Source: an uncultured Gammaproteobacteria bacterium
GTDB lineage: Bacteria; Patescibacteriota; Microgenomatia; Daviesbacterales; UBA10151
DNA: 64,000 nucleotides
Reading direction: 5' to 3'
NCBI GenBank assembly: GCA_964500725.1
Contig: CAZCNP010000001.1
Span: forward strand, 138,950-202,949
A program made the translations under genes and the position numbers. The notes under the pieces were generated by a model that made no database searches, had not been told where the DNA came from, and saw nothing but the letters and a program-made list of their open reading frames with translations. Shown here piece by piece: positions 40,490 through 51,488 of this stretch (positions within the stretch are counted from its first letter, which is position 1; each line of letters opens with the position of its first letter).

Positions 40490-41175
40490 AAATCCTAATA
40501 TTTATTATTTTAATAATTTTTGCAGCTACAGGTTATTATGTGCTTCAAAATGGGATTCCAGATAATATTCCTGTTGAAATAGTGTCAACTAAAATAAGTC
40601 GTGATCTGGCTGTAGAAAAGGTTAAGAATTTACCTGAAGTGCAAGAATACCTCAAAAATGTTCCAAACGGAAAGATTGAGGTAGATAATGAACTAGAGGG
40701 TGAGCACAACGTCCATGTTTATGAAGTCAGGAACGGCCACACAGCTACTTTTAACTGGTACAGGGTGAGTATCAAAAGCGGTGAAGTCAAGCCAGAATTT
40801 GAAGTTACACCTTCAACTACAGGGACTATTTTAGGTAAACTTTGTTACCCCTCCGAAATGTTACCTCCCGGCAAAATTGAAGCAAAAAGGTTATCTGATG
40901 GCAATATTTTTACCCAGGATTATCCCGGCAACCAGAATGGCGGTAAATCCAGTTATGCCTTTGAACTGGAAGAAGGAGATTATTATATAAGATATAATGT
41001 TGATAACAAATTATTTGGTTATTCAACCACTGTTTGCCCAACTGGCAATGAAAAAACATGTGCCGACACCAAACAACGGATTCCGGTGATGGCAGCAGTA
41101 AAAGACGGCCAGGAACTAAAAAACTACGACCTATGTGATTATTTCTATAAAGACTCCAATGCCCCAAAATTTTAA
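40486..41175 (+). CDS. Exported hypothetical protein
   Basis: N-terminal TM; GKLCYPSE..P, HTATFNWY. Confidence 0.6.
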   Translation: MKILIFIILIIFAATGYYVLQNGIPDNIPVEIVSTKISRDLAVEKVKNLPEVQEYLKNVPNGKIEVDNELEGEHNVHVYEVRNGHTATFNWYRVSIKSGEVKPEFEVTPSTTGTILGKLCYPSEMLPPGKIEAKRLSDGNIFTQDYPGNQNGGKSSYAFELEEGDYYIRYNVDNKLFGYSTTVCPTGNEKTCADTKQRIPVMAAVKDGQELKNYDLCDYFYKDSNAPKF

Positions 41176-42919
41176 AAACCTGATCTTTATCTTTATTACC
41201 GTCTTACTGTTGCCGTCACTCACATCGGCGCAGGAGAAGGCCTACGATGTATCTTTTACGGAAAAAGAATGTACTGCTATCAGCAGTGCGACAGGCCAGA
41301 ATTTAAAATACTATCCTCCTGGTTGCGATCTCCGTGACAATAATAATGCAGATGTTGAATATATAGATAAAATTGAAGATATATCAATTCTTAGATCTGG
41401 ATTAGATACAGAACGCAACACCCTTCTTCGGTTTTCGGACCCTACAACAGCAAAAACACACATGGATGAAGTAGTGGCCCTCCTCCTAGAGACAGATTAT
41501 GTATCTACAGATGATAAATATAAGGCATTACCCTACATCAAAGAAACCGTCATGATTGGTGACGGAGGCATACTCCTTATCGGTGAGACTTCTTCTCATG
41601 TAAATCGCATTGGAGTTATAAAAGATAGTAATTTGCGTGATTACGAAAACGGCTGGATAAGTGAATTTCGAACGCATTTAATCGCTCAAAAAGGGTCATG
41701 CGTTATCGCAATTGCCGGACAAACATCGTTAAATTCTAAACAGGATGAATTTCACTCGATCCGTTACGACAGTTCAAATACCCACAAGAACGTAACTAAC
41801 GTCACCGGTTATGTCGTTAATGAGCATCCGGGTTTTGATCATGGAAAGGCAAAGCTTCTTGAATGGGCAAAAGGAGAAGCAATCAAACTTGAGAAAGCGA
41901 TCGGGCCCTATTGTAGCGGTAGTAACGCAACAGCAAAAGCGCCGGCTCCACCTGTAAATAAGTCAAACTATACCCAGGCTCTGGTAATTGAACCACCCAA
42001 AAAAAGCGATTTTCAAAAAATTTCCAAATCCGATTTTAAATTAGTTTATCCGGTGGGTACCAGTTCTGCTACCCTCAAACTCGCCACTGAATCGGCAAAT
42101 TTAACAGGCACAACATTTATCGGAAAAGTTGGCGGAGAGGGTGAACTGATACTGCAACTTCCCGATGGGAAAGAAGTAAAACTTGAAGATGATAAATCAG
42201 CTTATGAAGGAGAAAAGCCATACGCAAGGTGGCACGACATAAGTGGACGCAATAATTATATTGCACCCAAAAGGAGCGTTTACATTGAAGAAGTTGATTG
42301 TCATATCCTGTTAGAACAGGAGGGACAAAAGGCTGAGGCTTTAAAGAGATCCGAAGGTATAAGATATGCAAGCGATTGGAGTGTGGACGATACAATTATC
42401 ATCAAACCAACAGGCGACTGCAGTTATATGAGTGAGGGTGAACCTGTCAGGGTGTTGGCCATAAAAGGACAAGTCACTTTTAAAACACTCGGCAATATCT
42501 CGGTATCGGCAAATAATGCTGATTTTGGAATTGGATACAATGCTAAACCCTCTATCTCCATAATAGAAATCTATAACGGGTCAATAATCGTAACAAATAA
42601 TGCAGGTAATTCAAAAACAATCTCAACAACCTATGGAGAAGAGATTAAACAAATTGAACTTGATAAAGACGGGGTGATGAATGAAAAAATCGCCATTCCT
42701 CTTTCACAATGGGAAGCATTTTTGGCAAGCAGGCAGGAGAAAAAAGAAGAGCCCAAAGGAAATACTCTGCCCATTGCCGGAGCAGTTGCGGTTTTAGTCT
42801 TAGGAGGAATTGTTTTCTTTTTATACCGGACCGGTAAACTCCTACCGCTCTATAAAGTATACAGCCAAAAAATTGTCCAAATGCTTCAAAAAATTCGTAA
42901 GGAAAAGAAAATTGATTGA
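41135..42919 (+). CDS. Secreted protein with a FecR-like C-terminal beta domain and TM anchor
   Basis: Signal peptide (SA-QE); SIIEIYNGSI; C-terminal TM plus basic tail; true start probably slightly downstream. Confidence 0.6.
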   Translation: MIISIKTPMPQNFKNLIFIFITVLLLPSLTSAQEKAYDVSFTEKECTAISSATGQNLKYYPPGCDLRDNNNADVEYIDKIEDISILRSGLDTERNTLLRFSDPTTAKTHMDEVVALLLETDYVSTDDKYKALPYIKETVMIGDGGILLIGETSSHVNRIGVIKDSNLRDYENGWISEFRTHLIAQKGSCVIAIAGQTSLNSKQDEFHSIRYDSSNTHKNVTNVTGYVVNEHPGFDHGKAKLLEWAKGEAIKLEKAIGPYCSGSNATAKAPAPPVNKSNYTQALVIEPPKKSDFQKISKSDFKLVYPVGTSSATLKLATESANLTGTTFIGKVGGEGELILQLPDGKEVKLEDDKSAYEGEKPYARWHDISGRNNYIAPKRSVYIEEVDCHILLEQEGQKAEALKRSEGIRYASDWSVDDTIIIKPTGDCSYMSEGEPVRVLAIKGQVTFKTLGNISVSANNADFGIGYNAKPSISIIEIYNGSIIVTNNAGNSKTISTTYGEEIKQIELDKDGVMNEKIAIPLSQWEAFLASRQEKKEEPKGNTLPIAGAVAVLVLGGIVFFLYRTGKLLPLYKVYSQKIVQMLQKIRKEKKID

Positions 42920-43271
42920 TATTTACAAAAAAGTTATTGAGCCAAAACTTAAAGATTGGGTGGTTTTTGAACATGGAACTTGTGTGATTCTCTACCACAC
43001 TCCAAAAGATTTACAGGCTGAAGCAAAAGAAGTTTTACAAAAATACGGCCAAGTCCAACCAGGATCTTCATCCGCAGATTTTACGATTACAAAAGTTGAC
43101 AATGGCTGGATTGTTACAGGAGACCAACCAGGTATCTTAAATTATGTGTCAGAAGATGAAGGAAAAGGTATGGAAAACTACGAACTCGGCCTTCTTGGCA
43201 GAAACCAAAAGCAATTGGATAGTAAAGAGCTAAAGGTTACTTATGTTAATACAGCAATAGGTACAATATAA
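42912..43271 (+). CDS. Hypothetical protein
   Basis: WVVFEHGTCV, PGSSSADF; start taken at the in-frame TTG overlapping the upstream stop. Confidence 0.6.
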   Translation: MIDIYKKVIEPKLKDWVVFEHGTCVILYHTPKDLQAEAKEVLQKYGQVQPGSSSADFTITKVDNGWIVTGDQPGILNYVSEDEGKGMENYELGLLGRNQKQLDSKELKVTYVNTAIGTI

Positions 43272-43737
43272 CAGGCAAAGTAAAAAGGTAGTAAACAACC
43301 CCAATTTTGAATAAAGCAGAAACCTGCTGCCTTATATCATATCCCCAGCCTGATTTAATTTGCCGTAGTATTACATAATCCCGAAAATTATTGGGTGATA
43401 TTTGCCAAAATAAAAAATCAAGTATTGCCCCAAAAATAAACCACACTCCTATCATATTAATAAGTCCCAAAAAAACCGGAATTGCATAACTTTTATCGGG
43501 AAAAAGAACTGGGCCGGAAATCATAAACCAAATAAGTGCTATAAATCCCGTGCTAAGCAAAGTCATAATCCAAAGGCCATACAGAACATTAAAATAAGCA
43601 GGATATTGTTTAGCAGTTACCCTTATCCTTATTTGGCTGTCAACCTCATCAAGTTTAAAAAATCTCTTCAGACGGGGCTGTATCCATTTAATAAACGGCG
43701 GAACTATTGCACCTACCCAAAATTGAGTTGAGCTCAT
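43246..43737 (-). CDS. Membrane protein
   Basis: About 3 TM helices; directly downstream of the SLH gene. Confidence 0.55.
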   Translation of the reverse strand: MSSTQFWVGAIVPPFIKWIQPRLKRFFKLDEVDSQIRIRVTAKQYPAYFNVLYGLWIMTLLSTGFIALIWFMISGPVLFPDKSYAIPVFLGLINMIGVWFIFGAILDFLFWQISPNNFRDYVILRQIKSGWGYDIRQQVSALFKIGVVYYLFTLPVILYLLLY

Positions 43738-43740
43738 ATT

Positions 43741-45489
43741 TTATTCTTGCTTGCCTGCATTTTTACAAGCCTGATAATTTGCCCAAGCTTGGTCACGACA
43801 AACCTGAGTTTTTCCATGACAGTCGCTTGCTTTCATACATGCATCATATTTATCAGCTGGAGAAACCTCGTCTAAATACGAACCTTTAGCATTGTCTGAA
43901 CATACTTTCTGACAGCTATTAAAAACTTCAAAGCATCTATAACTTTCCCACTCGTAATTTTTATAGGAGCAATCCGTACCAGTTTGTTGCTGAGGCTTGT
44001 CTTTTGGCTCAGTATCAACTCCAGTTTCTTTATCAAGTTTTAGCTCAGGTTTTGCAGGAGATACAATCTCACGCCCAATATCTTTCTCAATCTGACTGAT
44101 TGCACTGTTAAGCATCTCATCAATAGATTTGAAATTACCTATTTCAGAAACACGCCCACGTTCAATGACCCCGGTTTCTATGTTGATGAGTTCAGCAAAG
44201 ACATGACCAGAATTTTGATTATCCCAATAAAACAAGTCTCCTGCGGATATATCTAACATATATCTGACGCTCTTCCCCTTCTTCCTTTGATCTAAAGTAA
44301 GCATTTGGTAATCCTTATCCAAAGGAATAATCATACCGATACTCTGGCCTTCGCTAAAAGTAGAGTCAGATGTTTCTTGTTTATCCCCCTCAGCATCTGA
44401 TCTTTTCCTTAGTGAAACATCATTAGAAGTAAGTTGTTGTTGACCTCCCCTAGCTGAAACAAACTGCTGGGCAGCTTTGAATATATCAGCCTGCTCTAAG
44501 GTTCTACCACCGGAGGTTCTTCCGGTAAGCCACTGGTCATAGCGGTATTGACGAACTTTTCTTAAGGCTTCATCTCGAGTTTTACTGCTGTCAACAATTT
44601 CAGTTGCTGCCTTATATCCAATTCCGCTCCCTTCAGCAAAATTTTTTATGGCCGAATCTCTTACTCTGACCCATTCTTCCCGCTCTTGTGTTTCTTTCCT
44701 GATTCGCTGTGAATCCATTAAATTACTTATCTTTTGTCTGCTGATTGCTTCATCAAATTTTGATGTATATTTCTCTTGTCCAAATGGCACAGTAGCTAAA
44801 GATCGATACGCGATTTCTGCCGCTTCACCTTTTGTTAAATTGGACACATTGGTATTAAGGATGTTTTTATCTTTGGCCAAGGTTTGTGCTTCCTCATCTG
44901 TTAATATTTTTCCCGGCTCCCAATCCATCAGGCGGGATAAAGACCCTGCAGATTCTGCACCTTTAACCTGAGCATCCGGATTGAAATTAGTTTTTACTTG
45001 CTGGGCATTAACCTGCTTTATAAATCTGAAAGGCAGGTTTGATTGCTTTTCCGAACCTTCTTTAAACCAGCCTTGCTCCTTTGCATAACAAACTTCTGTT
45101 TCATGCTGGTAACCACTGATATCTGCAAAACAGTCTTTGTAAGTCCCTTTATCAGGAGTCACCCCTGAAAGCTTAGTCAGCGTCACTGCCCATTCACCCC
45201 GTGTCATAGTTTGTTCTGGATCGAAGTTCCCATCCTTATCCCCTTCCAAAATCTTTTCTCTGGCAAGATAGCTAATTGCAGTGTAGTTTTTATGATCTGC
45301 AGACACATCTTTAAATGGTTTGGGTTTGAATGAGGCAATATTACCTTCTGTAGTGGTTGTGTCTGCTTTTAAACCCCCCCTGGAGGATAATAACCAAATT
45401 GCTGCAGCAACAATCAAAACTACAACAACAATAAGCGGGATAATATGTACAATGCCCGCTTCGCAGCGAGGCGAGCCTTTTTGGTTCAT
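43741..45489 (-). CDS. S-layer homology (SLH) domain protein with pilin-like leader and C-terminal 8-Cys domain
   Basis: FKDVSADH..Y.AI.YL...ILEG..DGNF.P...MTRGE. Confidence 0.75.
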   Translation of the reverse strand: MNQKGSPRCEAGIVHIIPLIVVVVLIVAAAIWLLSSRGGLKADTTTTEGNIASFKPKPFKDVSADHKNYTAISYLAREKILEGDKDGNFDPEQTMTRGEWAVTLTKLSGVTPDKGTYKDCFADISGYQHETEVCYAKEQGWFKEGSEKQSNLPFRFIKQVNAQQVKTNFNPDAQVKGAESAGSLSRLMDWEPGKILTDEEAQTLAKDKNILNTNVSNLTKGEAAEIAYRSLATVPFGQEKYTSKFDEAISRQKISNLMDSQRIRKETQEREEWVRVRDSAIKNFAEGSGIGYKAATEIVDSSKTRDEALRKVRQYRYDQWLTGRTSGGRTLEQADIFKAAQQFVSARGGQQQLTSNDVSLRKRSDAEGDKQETSDSTFSEGQSIGMIIPLDKDYQMLTLDQRKKGKSVRYMLDISAGDLFYWDNQNSGHVFAELINIETGVIERGRVSEIGNFKSIDEMLNSAISQIEKDIGREIVSPAKPELKLDKETGVDTEPKDKPQQQTGTDCSYKNYEWESYRCFEVFNSCQKVCSDNAKGSYLDEVSPADKYDACMKASDCHGKTQVCRDQAWANYQACKNAGKQE

Positions 45490-46736
45490 TTTTTCTTCCT
45501 TTTTTTAATATACCATGCTATTCCAATTGCAACGGTTATTATCACTACAGATGCAACAGCAAGTTTGGTCACTGAAAGTTGTCGGGAAACTACAACCACC
45601 CCCTGTTTACCTCCGTCCGGTTTAACTTTAACTGTTTGTCCATCTTTGGTTTTAACCTCCACTTCTCCTTCATAGACACCTATAACTGCCAACTTTTTAT
45701 CCTTGCTCTGGCTGATCCAAAAATGAGTTCTGCTGACTGTCACACCCAACCAACCTGCATCTACACCAAACTGGTTTTCAGCAGGCTTGTTATTTCTTAC
45801 TCTTACCTCTATTTCCCCCTGCCCCAACTCTACTGTATGTGAGGTAAATCCTTCAACCTCCACCGGTTTGCGGAACTTAATCTCTGACCATTCGGGGGCA
45901 CTAATTACCGATCCGGAATCAGCAGACCAGGTGTACCCAAGCTGGACCATGTCTGAAGTAGATCTCATAGTCGAGTCAAGATATGTAGCCTGTAGAGTAT
46001 CACCGCCTTTAGGGAGTATCTGAATAAAATCGCTTGAAGTTGGCGTTTTTATCTCACCTTGCCCCTTAATAAGGGTGACATTCTCCTCACCCGGAATATA
46101 GTTTGGTAAAAACGACCAAGCTCTTTGTTCTTCTTCGGTTGTTAAAGTGGGCGGCCTGTATGAATCTTCTTCATCTTTGTCAGGATACCAATGCCCCTGG
46201 AACATTTCCTCCAAGGTGAGCTCTGTGATATCCGGTATATCCGGGGCAATGTAAAATTTATTATCCAAGACGGCCTCAAAAGCCCCCGGCAAAGATATTA
46301 AACCATCAATAGCTTCAGAAAATCGGGAAAACCATTCGCCTATAAAAATAGGGAGGGTCTGATTTGGAGCTTCCTTTTTGGCCTCTTTAGGCTTTTTGTC
46401 GGACTTCCTGCAAGCCCAAAAATCCTCCAGGGCTTTGGCATTACAGGCAGAGCTTTTTTCTGTGCACTGCTCTCTTTTTGTACATCTTGAATAAATTTCT
46501 CCGGAATTAAAATAAACGGTCCCGTCCGGTTTTTTTGTTTCCTCACCGCATGAATAGATACAAGCATTAAAATTTTCCGTGCATTTTTTCATATCCTGAT
46601 CAAAAACAGGCCTGCACTCGGCATCTGTCTTGGCATGAGCATAAGAATTAAAGAGAAAAATCGAGGCTATGAAAAGTATCAGTATGGGCAGGATGCCTGC
46701 CCGCCGAAGCTTTAGCGTAAGCGGGAACTTTTTCAC
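45486..46736 (-). CDS. Secreted protein: 8-Cys domain + FecR-like domain + C-terminal TM
   Basis: Signal peptide (AHA); VELGQGEI, VIGVYEGEVEV; TM plus KKRKK. Confidence 0.65.
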   Translation of the reverse strand: MKKFPLTLKLRRAGILPILILFIASIFLFNSYAHAKTDAECRPVFDQDMKKCTENFNACIYSCGEETKKPDGTVYFNSGEIYSRCTKREQCTEKSSACNAKALEDFWACRKSDKKPKEAKKEAPNQTLPIFIGEWFSRFSEAIDGLISLPGAFEAVLDNKFYIAPDIPDITELTLEEMFQGHWYPDKDEEDSYRPPTLTTEEEQRAWSFLPNYIPGEENVTLIKGQGEIKTPTSSDFIQILPKGGDTLQATYLDSTMRSTSDMVQLGYTWSADSGSVISAPEWSEIKFRKPVEVEGFTSHTVELGQGEIEVRVRNNKPAENQFGVDAGWLGVTVSRTHFWISQSKDKKLAVIGVYEGEVEVKTKDGQTVKVKPDGGKQGVVVVSRQLSVTKLAVASVVIITVAIGIAWYIKKRKKK

Positions 46737-47005
46737 TCTGATATCAGAGTAGCACCAATTAAATTATCAAGTCAAACACTAGATATTTCTGGTGGTTTGG
46801 AATGAATAATCTTTCCTAGAGAGTTTCTTTCTACAATTATTCTGGCTTTTCTTGGATTAGGTAATTTGAAGCTGAACTGGAATGGGAAATCTATCGAATT
46901 ATAAGCGGAGCTTGAAATTCTCGCTACGCTCAAATTATTAGTTGTAATAGCGGGATACAAATACCTACGGAAAGACTCATGAGGCTAATTATAACAGAGG
47001 ATTCA

Positions 47006-48838
47006 TTAACGTGGATCGTAAGTCTCGCCAAAAGTTGCCACTACCCTATTGTTTTTATCATAAGCTATAATTTCTATCTTCTTCCAGTCAAGTTCTATGC
47101 CTGATGGACCGTTTGTACTACAACCTGTTGGGCCCCGGCAGACTTGTGAAGGGTCTCCCTCGATTTTACCACTCCAGAAATTATTTCCATCTTTTTTAAT
47201 CTCTATTCTTATAGGTAGCCAAACCCTGACATCCTTTCCAGGATCTGTTGCAACAATAATATGGGGCTTTTGGGCTGAGGAGAAAGCGATTGATGGCTGA
47301 CCAGTTGCCACATCCAAAAATTCGAAGTATCCATCTGAATATTCATTTGCTTCTGGAGCACCAGTAGAACGCTTCGTAGGTAACGAAACTGGCGATGGAC
47401 TTGCTAAAGTAGATGGGGTAATCATTTGGCCAATGTTTGCTTCCAAATCAGCCAGCCCTTCCTTAAAAATGGCCTCCAGCTTATTCAAATTGCGCCACCC
47501 CAATGAACTGCCTGCTTTCTCACCCACCCCACTCTCCCAATTCCTTAGAATCAAATTGAGACGCCCGACACTTCGACCTTCTAGATAAAATGTACTTATA
47601 CCAATCTTCATCAAATATTTAACCTTAGCAAGATTATTCCTTGGAAGAACGCCATAGTTTTTATCTAACAGCAGCAGGATCTCTACTGATTCCCGGGTAT
47701 TCATGGCCGGATTGTCATTAATTTTTACTATATCTTCATAATGTGGTGGGGTACTTTTGGATATCAAAAGGTCATCTTTTGAGATAACTATTCCTTTTTC
47801 GGCAAACACTTTTTGTAATGCTTCAAGGACATTAAAGGAAGGGGGTTCTCCCCAACGCACTTTGTCCTCTGCCAACAATTTCTCGTAATTCTTTTCGCGC
47901 GCTTTCCTGATGTATGCTGAAGATTCCTCTTCACTACCATCCTTAGTGGTTGCCATAATTTCTGCCGCTGCCTCATCGCCAATTATTTTTGCCATATTCT
48001 TCTGGCGAGCTTTTCTGATTCGCTCATTCTCCGCCTGGCGCTGGCTCCCAAGCTTGTCATCAAGATCTATTAAGTTTTCAACCCTATACCTCTCCACCTG
48101 ATGTTCCAGTTCCGGCGAAAATTTTTCCTTTCCCAAAGGGATTGTAGCTACAGAACGATAAATTATTCCAGCAGCTTCCCCCTTCGTCAGATTACCCGCA
48201 ATATCATTGCCTTGCGATATCTCGCGTTCTTTGGCAACACCCACAGCAGTCTCATTTGAACTTTTTGCCCCCTCTGTCCCCTCCCACTTCATAAGCCGGG
48301 ATAGAGAACCAACTGCCTCTGTAATTTTCACCGGAACGTCGGGATTAAAATTCTCTTTAGACTCTTGAGCATAAACTGCCACGATCAGTTGTTGGAAGTT
48401 AAATGTTTGCGGGTCCACAGCAGTTAGTCCTTCAAGCCAACCCTGCTCTTTGGCTAAGCAAATAGAGGCCGCATCCTTCCCCAGCCCCACATCGGAAAAA
48501 CAATTCTTATATGTTCCCTCATCAGGGGTAATACCCGTTAGCCTCACCAAGATTACAGTCCATCCCGCCCTAGTCAACACATCTTTAGAGTTAAATTTCC
48601 CGTCCTTATCCCCTTCCAATACTCCCTCCCTGGCTAAATAAGAAATTGCGGTGTAATTTTTGTCATTAACTGAAACATCCTCAAATGGCTTTTGCTTAAG
48701 AGAAGCTATTTCTTCAAAGGATGGTGGAGTATTTCGTCCTTTGATAAAAAACCAAATTATTGCACCGAAAACTGCAAGCACAACTAAAATTGCAACAATA
48801 TGAACAGCACCCTTTTGGGCCAAAAAATGGCGAGTCAT
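47006..48838 (-). CDS. SLH domain protein, paralog of 43741-45489
   Basis: QKGAVHI leader; FEDVS..DKNYTAISYLAREGVLEGDKDG; LTKGEAA. Confidence 0.75.
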   Translation of the reverse strand: MTRHFLAQKGAVHIVAILVVLAVFGAIIWFFIKGRNTPPSFEEIASLKQKPFEDVSVNDKNYTAISYLAREGVLEGDKDGKFNSKDVLTRAGWTVILVRLTGITPDEGTYKNCFSDVGLGKDAASICLAKEQGWLEGLTAVDPQTFNFQQLIVAVYAQESKENFNPDVPVKITEAVGSLSRLMKWEGTEGAKSSNETAVGVAKEREISQGNDIAGNLTKGEAAGIIYRSVATIPLGKEKFSPELEHQVERYRVENLIDLDDKLGSQRQAENERIRKARQKNMAKIIGDEAAAEIMATTKDGSEEESSAYIRKAREKNYEKLLAEDKVRWGEPPSFNVLEALQKVFAEKGIVISKDDLLISKSTPPHYEDIVKINDNPAMNTRESVEILLLLDKNYGVLPRNNLAKVKYLMKIGISTFYLEGRSVGRLNLILRNWESGVGEKAGSSLGWRNLNKLEAIFKEGLADLEANIGQMITPSTLASPSPVSLPTKRSTGAPEANEYSDGYFEFLDVATGQPSIAFSSAQKPHIIVATDPGKDVRVWLPIRIEIKKDGNNFWSGKIEGDPSQVCRGPTGCSTNGPSGIELDWKKIEIIAYDKNNRVVATFGETYDPR

Positions 48839-49300
48839 TAATACCAGATTAACACTACCAAAAAGATTAAGTCAAATTTGACCCTTTCTAATACTATCAT
48901 TATCGTTCTATCCATAATTCAAAAATGGGAAGTATCTACTGTCCTTTGGGTTTATTGGATACAAAGACCCAAAAATCAGAAAAGCCATTTGAAGGTATTC
49001 AACACTACCATCCCAACAGTTTAATACCCGTAAAAAAGACCAGGAAATCAACACATAATCCTGACCCTCCTCCTTTAACAGGACAACAGAAGAAGTCTAA
49101 TAGGCCCATTTCTTCCTTTAGGGTAATCACAGAACATGCACAATTTCAGGAGTAAAAAGATATAACTGTTTGCAGCAACCATTCAGGGACAGAATCAAAC
49201 AACTGGATGATACCTTTATCCTGCTTTCAGCGGGGCCCGCGCAATGACGTAGTTACTGGGAAACTCTGAATAGTTACATACTTAGCTTTGTAAAGATAAA

Positions 49301-50344
49301 TTATTTTTTAAACAGCAGCTCTTGCTCTATTTGGGAAGTAACGACCTTACCTAAATGTATATAACCTGATTCAGTGACAACCCTTCCTCTGGAAGTTCTT
49401 TTTAAAAAACCAACCTGCATAAGATATGGCTCTATAACCTCCTCAATAGTACCAATATCTTCAGAAATAGTGGCAGCCAAAGTTTCTACCCCCACCGGTC
49501 CGCCGTTAAATTTATCAACAATAGTTAGCAGCAATCTTCTGTCTGAATCATCCAACCCTAGCGAATCAACTTCAAGTAAATCCAGAGTTTGAGCGAGAAG
49601 CTCTTTGGTAACCTTTCCTTCCCCATGTACTTCTGTAACATCTCTGACTCTTTTGAGAAGTTTTAAGGCAATTCTGGGTGTGCCACGGGCTCTTTTAGAG
49701 AGTTGAATAACCTCTTCCTGATCTATCGGCACTTTCAGTTTTTTGGCAGCCCGTTTGATAATTTGAGAAAGTTCCCACGGGGTATAAAAAGATAATCTAT
49801 GGATTACTCCAAAACGGTCCCTTAAAGGCGAGGAAACCATACCAATTCTGGTAGTGGCTCCAATGATAGTAATCTGGGGTAATTCCAACCGTAAAGTTCT
49901 GGCAGATGGACCTTTACCGATCACCATATCTAAAGTAAAATCTTCCATAGCAGGATAAAGGGTTTCTTCTACTACCTTAGACAATCTGTGGATTTCATCA
50001 ATAAATAATATATCATGAGGTTCCAGGCTGGTTAAAATAGCAGCCAGATCTCCAGCTCTTTCAATTGCCGGACCAGAGGTAATTCTGATATTACTACCCA
50101 TTCCTTTAGCTATCAAATGAGCCAATGTTGTTTTACCAAGTCCAGGAGGACCATAAAGCAGGGTGTGTTCCATAGCCTCAGCTCTTTTTTTGGCAGCAGT
50201 GATAGCAATATGAAGTGATTTTTTAATCTTCTCCTGACCAATAAACTCCTCCCAGTCGCTTGCCCTTAAGGAACTAAAAAGTTTTTCTTCCTCAATTGTT
50301 TCTGTCATTTCTGGTACTTTTAATTTAGGTTTAGTGTTGCTCAT
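49301..50344 (-). CDS. ruvB: Holliday junction branch migration helicase RuvB
   Basis: [31 protein letters not shown]. Confidence 0.96.
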   Translation of the reverse strand: MSNTKPKLKVPEMTETIEEEKLFSSLRASDWEEFIGQEKIKKSLHIAITAAKKRAEAMEHTLLYGPPGLGKTTLAHLIAKGMGSNIRITSGPAIERAGDLAAILTSLEPHDILFIDEIHRLSKVVEETLYPAMEDFTLDMVIGKGPSARTLRLELPQITIIGATTRIGMVSSPLRDRFGVIHRLSFYTPWELSQIIKRAAKKLKVPIDQEEVIQLSKRARGTPRIALKLLKRVRDVTEVHGEGKVTKELLAQTLDLLEVDSLGLDDSDRRLLLTIVDKFNGGPVGVETLAATISEDIGTIEEVIEPYLMQVGFLKRTSRGRVVTESGYIHLGKVVTSQIEQELLFKK

Positions 50345-50921
50345 ACTTTTTAGTCTTACCCAAATTGCGTAAGGCATAACTTATCTTTTGTTCAAGAGTT
50401 TTTTCAGATAATGGTACAGCCTGAATGGCTTTCATTGCTTCTTGTCTGGTATATCCCAAATTACGTAAGGCTTCGATAGCCTCTATGCTTTCTACACTAT
50501 CTGAAGTTAAATCCAACTCTTTTAATCCTCCCAGTTTGTTCTTAAGCTCAATGATAATCTTTTGAGCATTCTTATGACCTAACCTTGGAACAGTTGTAAA
50601 AAAGTTGGTATCAGCATCTTTAATAGCTTGCTGCACCTTTCCGACTCCTTTATCAATCACTAAAAGAGCAGTTTTAGGACCAATTCCTGAAACAGTTAGA
50701 GTTAATTTAAAAAGTTCCAGTTCACCAGGAGTAAGAAAACCGTATAAATCAAGGATATCCTCCCTGACATGGGTATATATAAATAGCTGCACCTGCGCAG
50801 ATGCTTTAAGAAGACTCAGATAATTTGGTAGAACTGTTACTAAATAACCTACTCCGCAAGTAAGTAGAATAATCTGGTTTGCAGACTTTGAATGTATTGT
50901 GCCGGATAGAAAACCAATCAT
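50331..50921 (-). CDS. ruvA: Holliday junction branch migration protein RuvA
   Basis: [22 protein letters not shown]. Confidence 0.95.
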   Translation of the reverse strand: MIGFLSGTIHSKSANQIILLTCGVGYLVTVLPNYLSLLKASAQVQLFIYTHVREDILDLYGFLTPGELELFKLTLTVSGIGPKTALLVIDKGVGKVQQAIKDADTNFFTTVPRLGHKNAQKIIIELKNKLGGLKELDLTSDSVESIEAIEALRNLGYTRQEAMKAIQAVPLSEKTLEQKISYALRNLGKTKKYEQH

Positions 50922-50925
50922 TTCA

Positions 50926-51426
50926 TTATTTTAATTTATACTGCGATACTTTACGCATTTTATACGAACAGGCGTGAGTTATAGCAATAGCTAAAGCATC
51001 TGCTGCATCATCTTGGGTTATCTTCTTAAACAAATGTAGAATTGATCCTACCATACTCTGGATCTGATTCTTATCAGCCCTGCCATAACCTGTTAGAGCT
51101 TGCTTTACCTGAAGAGGAGTATATGAAGCAGTAGGAATATTAGACTTTGAAGCCGCCAGAAGTATGACCCCTCTGGCCTCCCCAACTATTAAGGCTGTTT
51201 TAGAATTAGCAGCAAAATATAACTGTTCAACAGCCAGTACTTCTGGAGTTAGCTTCTCAATAAGGTCGATGATAAAGTCATAAATACTGGTCAACCTATC
51301 TTCTAAGTTAATCCTTGGTGAAGTCTCAAAACAACCATAATCTAAGGCTTTCTGTTTACCGTATTCATCCTTAATTACTCCCCATCCTACTCTAGCAATT
51401 CCTGGATCAATACCTAAAATGACCAT
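50926..51426 (-). CDS. ruvC: Crossover junction endodeoxyribonuclease RuvC
   Basis: ILGIDPG, AVEQLYF, GYGRADK.Q, DDAADALA. Confidence 0.95.
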   Translation of the reverse strand: MVILGIDPGIARVGWGVIKDEYGKQKALDYGCFETSPRINLEDRLTSIYDFIIDLIEKLTPEVLAVEQLYFAANSKTALIVGEARGVILLAASKSNIPTASYTPLQVKQALTGYGRADKNQIQSMVGSILHLFKKITQDDAADALAIAITHACSYKMRKVSQYKLK

Positions 51427-51488
51427 AATGCGGATAGTATACCAGAGAAAATAATTTTAAAACGGGACTTTTATGCTAATATGGGAAT

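Noticed and set aside
46772-49260. Short ORFs 46772-46960 and 48925-49155 and a possible repeat remnant near 49225-49278
   Set aside because: No motifs and no second copy in the window; left uncalled
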